Made by a program: the position numbers and the translations under genes
The notes under the pieces: generated by a model
What the model saw: only the letters and a program-made list of their open reading frames with translations
What the model was told of the DNA's origin: nothing
The model's database searches: none
Assembly: GCF_009914755.1 (NCBI RefSeq)
Contig: NC_060932.1
Strand: one strand, 5' to 3'
Origin: the human T2T-CHM13v2.0 reference genome, Homo sapiens
Length of the DNA stretch: 64,000 nt
Shown here: piece after piece, positions 57,791 through 64,000 of the stretch
How positions within the stretch are numbered: position 1 is the first letter of the stretch
Layout of the letters: each line of letters opens with the position of its first letter

Positions 57791-60700
57791 TCTCTATATT
57801 TACAATTATTATATCCTCTTGCTGAATTGACTCCTTTGTCATTATATAATGACCCTCTTTGTCTCTTTTTATAGTTTTAGTCTTGAAATTTATTTTGTCT
57901 GATGTATGCATAGCTATTCCTGTTCTTTCTGATTTCCATTTGCATGGAATATCTTTTTCCATGTCTTTATTTTCAGTAGTGTGTTTCTTTATAGGTGAAG
58001 TGTGTTTCTTGAAGGCAACAGATCACTGAGTCTTGGTTTCTTAGTCCATTCACCACTATGTGCCTTTCGATGGGTGAATTTAGGCCATTTATATTCAATA
58101 TTATTATGATAAGTAAGGAGTTACTTCTGCTATTTTATTATTTATTTTCTGGTCTTCCTTTCCTTCATTTTTTCCATCCTGTGTTCTTTTTAGTGAAGGT
58201 GATTTTCTCTGGTAGTGTGTTTTAATTTCTTGCTTTTTGTATATGTGTGTTTTTTTTTGTATCCATTGTATGTTTTTTGATTTGAGATTATCACGAGGCT
58301 TGCAAATAATTCCTTATAACCCATTATTTTAAACTGATGACAACTTAACATTGATTGTATAAACAGCCAATCTAACCAACAAACAAAGAGAAAACTAATA
58401 AAAACCCTACACTTTAACTTTGTCCCCCTGTTTTAAACTCTTTATTGTTTCTATTTTTATCCTGTTGGACTATCTATGTCTTGAAAAGTTGTTATAGTTA
58501 TTATTTTAATTGGTTCATCTTTTAGTCTTTCTACTCAAGGTACGAGTAGTTTTCCCATCACTATTACGTGTTATGAGATTCTGTGTTTTTCTGTGTATTT
58601 ACTATTACCAGTGAGTTTTGCACCTTCAGATGATTTCTTATGGTTCTTCAATCTCCTTTCCTTACAGATTGAAGAACTTCTTTTAGTATTTCCTGTAGGA
58701 CAGGTTTAGAGTTTAAGAAATCCCTCTGCTCTTTTTTTGTCTGGGAAAGCCTTTATTTCTCCTTCATATTTGAAGGATATTTTCACTGCTTATGCTATTT
58801 TAGGATAAACGTTTTTTCCTTCAGCACTTTAAGTATATCATGCCATCCTCTTCTGGCCTGTAAAGTCTCCACTGAAAAGTCTGCTTCGAGATGGATTGGA
58901 GCTCCATTGTATGTTATTTTTTTCTTTTATCATGCTGCTTTTAGGATCTTTTCTTTATCCTTGAACTTTAGGAGTTTGATTATTAAATGCCTTGAGACAT
59001 TATTTGGGTTAAATCTATTTGGTGTTCTGTAACCTTCTTGTACTTGAATATTGATATCTTTATCTAGGTTTGGAAAGTTTTCTGTTATTATCCCTTTGAA
59101 TAAACTTTCTACTCTAACCTCACTCTCTCTATCTCCTCTTTAAGGTCACTACCTCTTAGATTTGAGCATTTGAGGCTATTTTCTAGATCTTATAGGCGTG
59201 CTAAGTTCTTTTCTATTTTGTCTTCTCTGACTGTGTATATGCAAATAGTCTGTTGTCAAGCTCACTAATTCTTTCTTCCGCTTGGCCAGTTCTGCTGGTA
59301 AGAGACTCCAGTGGATGATTCAGTATGTCAATTGCATTTTCAGCTCCAACATTTCTGCTGGACTTTTTAATTATTTCAATCTCTTTGCTAAATTTATGAT
59401 AGGATTCTGAATTCCTTCTCTGTGTTATTTCAATTTTCTTTGAGTGTCTTCAAAACAGCTATTTTGAATTCCTTTTCTGAAAGGTCATATACCTCTGTCT
59501 CTGCAGGATTGGTCCCTGGTGCCTTATTTAGTTTGTTTGGTGAGGTCATGTTTTCATGGATGGTCTTGATGCTTGTGGATGTTTATCAGTGTCTGGGCAC
59601 TGAAGAATTAAGTATTTATTGTAGTGTTCACAGTCTGGGCTTGTTTGTACCTGTCCTTCTTGGGAAGGTCTTTCAGGTATTCAGAGGGACTTGGGTGTTA
59701 GAATTTAAGTTTTCAGTCATTGCAGCCATATCTTAGGGGGCACCCCAAGCCCAGTCATGCTGTGGCTCTTGCAGACTTGTAGGGGTACTGCCTTGGTGGT
59801 CTTGCAGAAGATCCAGAAGAATTCTCTGGATTATTGGGAAGAGATTCTTGTTCTATTCCCTTACTCTCTCCCAAACAACTGGAGCTTCTCTCTGCATGCA
59901 GAGCTGCCTGTAGCTTGGGGAAGAGTGACACAAGCATCCCTCTGGTCACCACCACTGGGATTGTGCTGGTCATACCTGAAGCCAGTACAGTACTCACACA
60001 AAGCCCATGGTAACCACTGACCAGCTACTGCCTAATTTGCTCAATCAGCAGGTGGCACAGCCAACCAGGCTTCTTTCCTTCCCTTTAGGGCAGTGAGTTT
60101 CCCCCAGCCCTGGGCAGGTCCAGAGATACCATCTGGGAGCCAGGGACTAGAGTTGGAAACCTTAGGAATCTAGCTGGTGCTTTATTCTACTACAGCTGAG
60201 CTGGCATCCAAGCCACAAGACAAGATCCTTCCCTCCCATTTTCACAGGCAGAGAAGTCTCTCCCCGTGGCCACCATTGCTCCCAACCTGCAGCGAGTACT
60301 GCCTGGCTACTGTCAGTGTTCACTCAAGGCCCAGGGGCTCTTTATTCAGTGTGTGATGAATGCTGCCAGGCCTAGAACTCTCCTTTCAGGGCAGTGGGCT
60401 CCCCTTTGGCCCAGGGCAGGTCCAGAAATGCTTTCCAGGAGCCAAGGCCTAGGACTGGGGACCCCAAGAGCCTGCTTGGTGCTCTACCCTACTGTGGCCA
60501 AGATGGTACTGAGACAGAGTACCCATATTCTTCCCTCTTCTTTTCTCCAGCAGAAGGAGCCTCTCCTCTTAGCCATCACAGCTTGGAATGTGCTGGGTCA
60601 CACCTGAAGCCAGCATGTCTTACAGTCTCACCCAAGGCCCCCGGCAGGTACTACCTGGCTACCGCTGCTGATTATTCAGGGCCCAAGGGCTCTTTAGTCA

Positions 60701-63700
60701 GCAGGTGACAAATCCTGCCAGGACTGGGTTCTTCTCTTCAAGGCACTGGATTCCCTTCTGGCCCAGGGTGTGTCTAGAATTGTCATCCAGGAGCTAGGGC
60801 CTGGAATGAGGGCCTCAGGACTCTGTGCCCTATTCTACTGTGGCTGAGTATCCAAGTTGCAAGACAAAGGCCTCCTCAGGTTTCCCTCTCCTCTCCTCAG
60901 GGGAAGGACGAAGTCTCTTCAGGAGCTGTGAGCTGTGCTGCCTGGGGTAGGAGAAGGGGTTGCACAAGCACTCCCTTGGCTGCCCTGGCTGATATCTCAC
61001 TGGGTCATGTGTCCCCCCAGTCCATTGACTCTGAGCTCAGCACAGCACCAGGACTTGCCCAGGAGTTGCAGTCCTTGTGGTCTAGGCTGCCTTTTAAGTT
61101 TATATGGGACTCCAGAGCACGTTAGCACGTGGCGGGGGGGCTTGCTAGAACTCAGGTTCCGACCACTGCGGTGGGTGATTCCCAGTGTTGCTTTCCACTG
61201 TGACAGGGCAGCAAGGTTTTCTGGGATGCACCAAGCCTCTTGGATATAATGGCTTTCTAACTACACTGTGATGCCAAGTCATGTTTCCACATGCGGCCCT
61301 CAGCACAAAGCATCCTGACACGTTCTCACCAACACTTGCTTTGATGCAACTTTTCCATTTGTCTCCATCAGATAGGAAACTAAAATCTCTTGTTTTAATT
61401 TGCATTTCTCTGCCACCTTGTGGGACTAAAAGTGCCTTCATTTACTGGTTAACCACTCACTTCTGTGACCAGCCCATTTAGCTTCTTTGTATTTTTTCTT
61501 TGTTGTTTTCTGTGGATTTATAATTTCTTGTAGATTTAGATATTACCATTTTATGTATTTTAGAAATGTTAAATATATTCTTCCACATAACTGTTAGCAT
61601 TTTTTGGTGGGATATTTTATTGAATAACAATCCTTAATTGAATATCATTGAATATCAAATCCAATACTTTTTTTCCTGATGGTTTCTCTTTTTGGGGTTA
61701 ATCATTAATCTTTTAACAATGAAAATATTTAATATTTGTTAATAGTAGTATGCAATATGTAAACTCCCTAATCTCTTAATTTATTGTCAAGATTTCTTAT
61801 AAGAGGAAATAAGAATAGATTTTATATAAGAAACTCTGCCTCCACGCATGTTCTCTTAATATACGGAGGTGTACAAACCGCTATTCAAGTTAATACACAA
61901 ATAAGTCATCAAGAATGTGCTATGTCCTACAACAGAAAGTTGTGGGGAGCCTCACAGCTTACAGTGAGGGCGCCTGGAGGAAACCCCGGCTGTCTCACAT
62001 CTGCAAGTGAGGGAGAGCTGTGCTCTGACTGAAGAGAAGTGTCACATAAAAAGATGAAGACTTTTATTGTAGGAGGGACGTCAAATGAACACTTGAAAAA
62101 ATGAATGTAAATCTTAAGTTTCATTAGAATACAGCATGTTTCCTTGCACTTACATATGGCCTTCAAAAGACAAAACCTAAAACAAGAATCAGGAAAAGGA
62201 ATCAAAATTGGACACTAAACAGGACTGTCAACACCTAAGTCATAACCAATAGGTGGTGTCGAATTAGGATACGCTTGAGAAATGGGGTTTGAAAGAGAGT
62301 TGTCTGTGAGAGATGCTAAACAATAAACAGCACCAGGCTTATAAAACACCTTCCCAAATCACACAGAACAAAGCATCTTCTATGAATGGTGCAGGCTGGA
62401 TGTCACAGCCTCCTCTTCCCCCAAGGCCTGTAAAATGAAGTCAGTTTTAAACTCGGAATTGAACATTGTCACACAATTTAGGTATCAGCTATCACTGACG
62501 GTGGGAGACTTCAAAATAATTTTGCACGTTCACAGACTTTATAGCTAATCCTGTGAGCAACTCGGCGCGTGGCCTACATACCTGTGAAGAATTGTCACAG
62601 TGATTTCCAGATCCAGAATGTAATTTGCCCAAAACCAGGCTTCCAACCTTGACACATTTATTCCACCCGTTAAACACCTGTGTGCGCATAAAGACATCTC
62701 GGGAGCTGTCGTCCCTCCATCAAATCACAGGCTCGGGTGTGACGGTGTGAGCTTCCTGGACTTTCAAGCAGATTGAGTAGCTCAGTCGGGGGGAGAAGCT
62801 TAGAGACGAGTGAGATTAAAATGTGAAGCTATTTGTTTTTCTGAAAATTTGATGTTACCCTTTGCAGCACAGTCTTCAAAGTTTCTTCTGCCTCCATGGC
62901 ATAATTTGGAAAATCTCTGAAACGTCAAATGGTCCTAATGTAATTGACCTTACATACACAATCTAAGAAAAAATGTAATCTATCAAAAAGATACAGCCTG
63001 TCCATTAACAAAATCGCCATGTCGTGTCATCCTTCAAATACATGCAGAAGCCAGAACAGTCACATTTTCTCTTTGGTTTTAGACAACAGACCCTGCTGGA
63101 GTCATAATACAGGACAAGTTGATACAAAATCTATTTAATTAAAGTTGCCCTTTTCCTTGAGATGAATTTCCTGGGAGTTATGAGGTCAAGCATGGTTCCC
63201 TTTCCAGCTAAATAGCTGCCCAACAGCTGTTGCTATTTGGAACATGTTTACTCCTAAAACCGCTCTGTAGTTCTGTGGTTCACATGGTGTCTTAGTCTTG
63301 CTGACACTGTGGTGCTGTGTGGCTCTAACGTCAAATTCCATTGTGACTGAGGAATGAACTACAGGCCTTGTGCTTTCCTGACAGTCCCCTCCGAGGGGAC
63401 AGAGTGCCACAGAGTCACCTAGAAACAGCCTGGACGGGCACAGATAGCAAGACGTGCACCTGCGCAGCCCGGGACTCTCCTAGCGGGGCAGGGCAGAGCC
63501 AGCAGGGAGTCAGCACTCAGCCTGCAGAGGCGCTGGGCACCGGACGCTGATGCAATAAAAGCACTTCACATTTTCTATGGAAACTGGCTTTGGCAATTTC
63601 CATTTGTTTTCTTTTTCTGCTGTTCTGCCGCCTCCCAGGCCCTTTCCTTGTGAGGATGTGCAGAAAGGACGTCTCTGGCTCTCTGGCGAGCTCTGCACCC

Positions 63701-64000
63701 CAATGCTCCCCCCACCTTCCCTGTCACAGATCCCCCTCTGTGCAGACAGAGATGCAGAACACAGAACAGAGAGTGCCCATTGTCTTCCCCTGTGTGTAGA
63801 AGGGATGGGGACCAGGGATTGAGGACAACAGCCCATTCTCTGCACCGTCCAGACCTTGGAACCCGCTCCCTGTCTCCCCCGTGGCACTCAGGGAACACAT
63901 CGGAGAAACTCTTGGTGGCCTCTGCTGTTTAAAGAGGTCATCGCAGTGAAGAAAAGAACATGAAGTTGTTAATTCCTTATGCTTTTTGTTAACTATTCCA

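Overview
Primate (human-like) genomic DNA matching chromosome 8p23.3. The window opens with the end of a 3' UTR, assigned to ARHGEF10 by gene order. It contains all of KBTBD11: a CpG-island promoter with a short non-coding exon 1 near 16.7 kb, a ~26-kb intron, and one ~6.6-kb exon carrying a long uORF-rich 5' UTR, the intact 623-aa BTB-Kelch CDS (43771-45642) and the 3' UTR. Interspersed repeats are dense (Alu, L1, L2, MIR, MLT1/MLT2 LTRs, MER20, MER30, Tigger). There are three VNTRs and a 1.8-kb AT-rich, partly palindromic tract. Less obvious signals: (1) much of the non-repeat DNA from ~6.8 to ~63 kb translates on the minus strand into decayed amphipathic-helix repeats resembling FSIP2-type proteins, suggesting a giant fossil gene antisense to and surrounding KBTBD11 (inference from recalled motif pattern; needs a frameshift-aware search); (2) a degraded ERV-L gag-pro-pol-dUTPase fossil just downstream of the first poly(A) site; (3) two local templated insertions, one ending in a fold-back hairpin; (4) an intronic 33-bp VNTR whose minus strand is an array of split REST/RE1-like half-sites. 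Repeat subfamily names come from recalled consensus sequences, and many boundaries are approximate.
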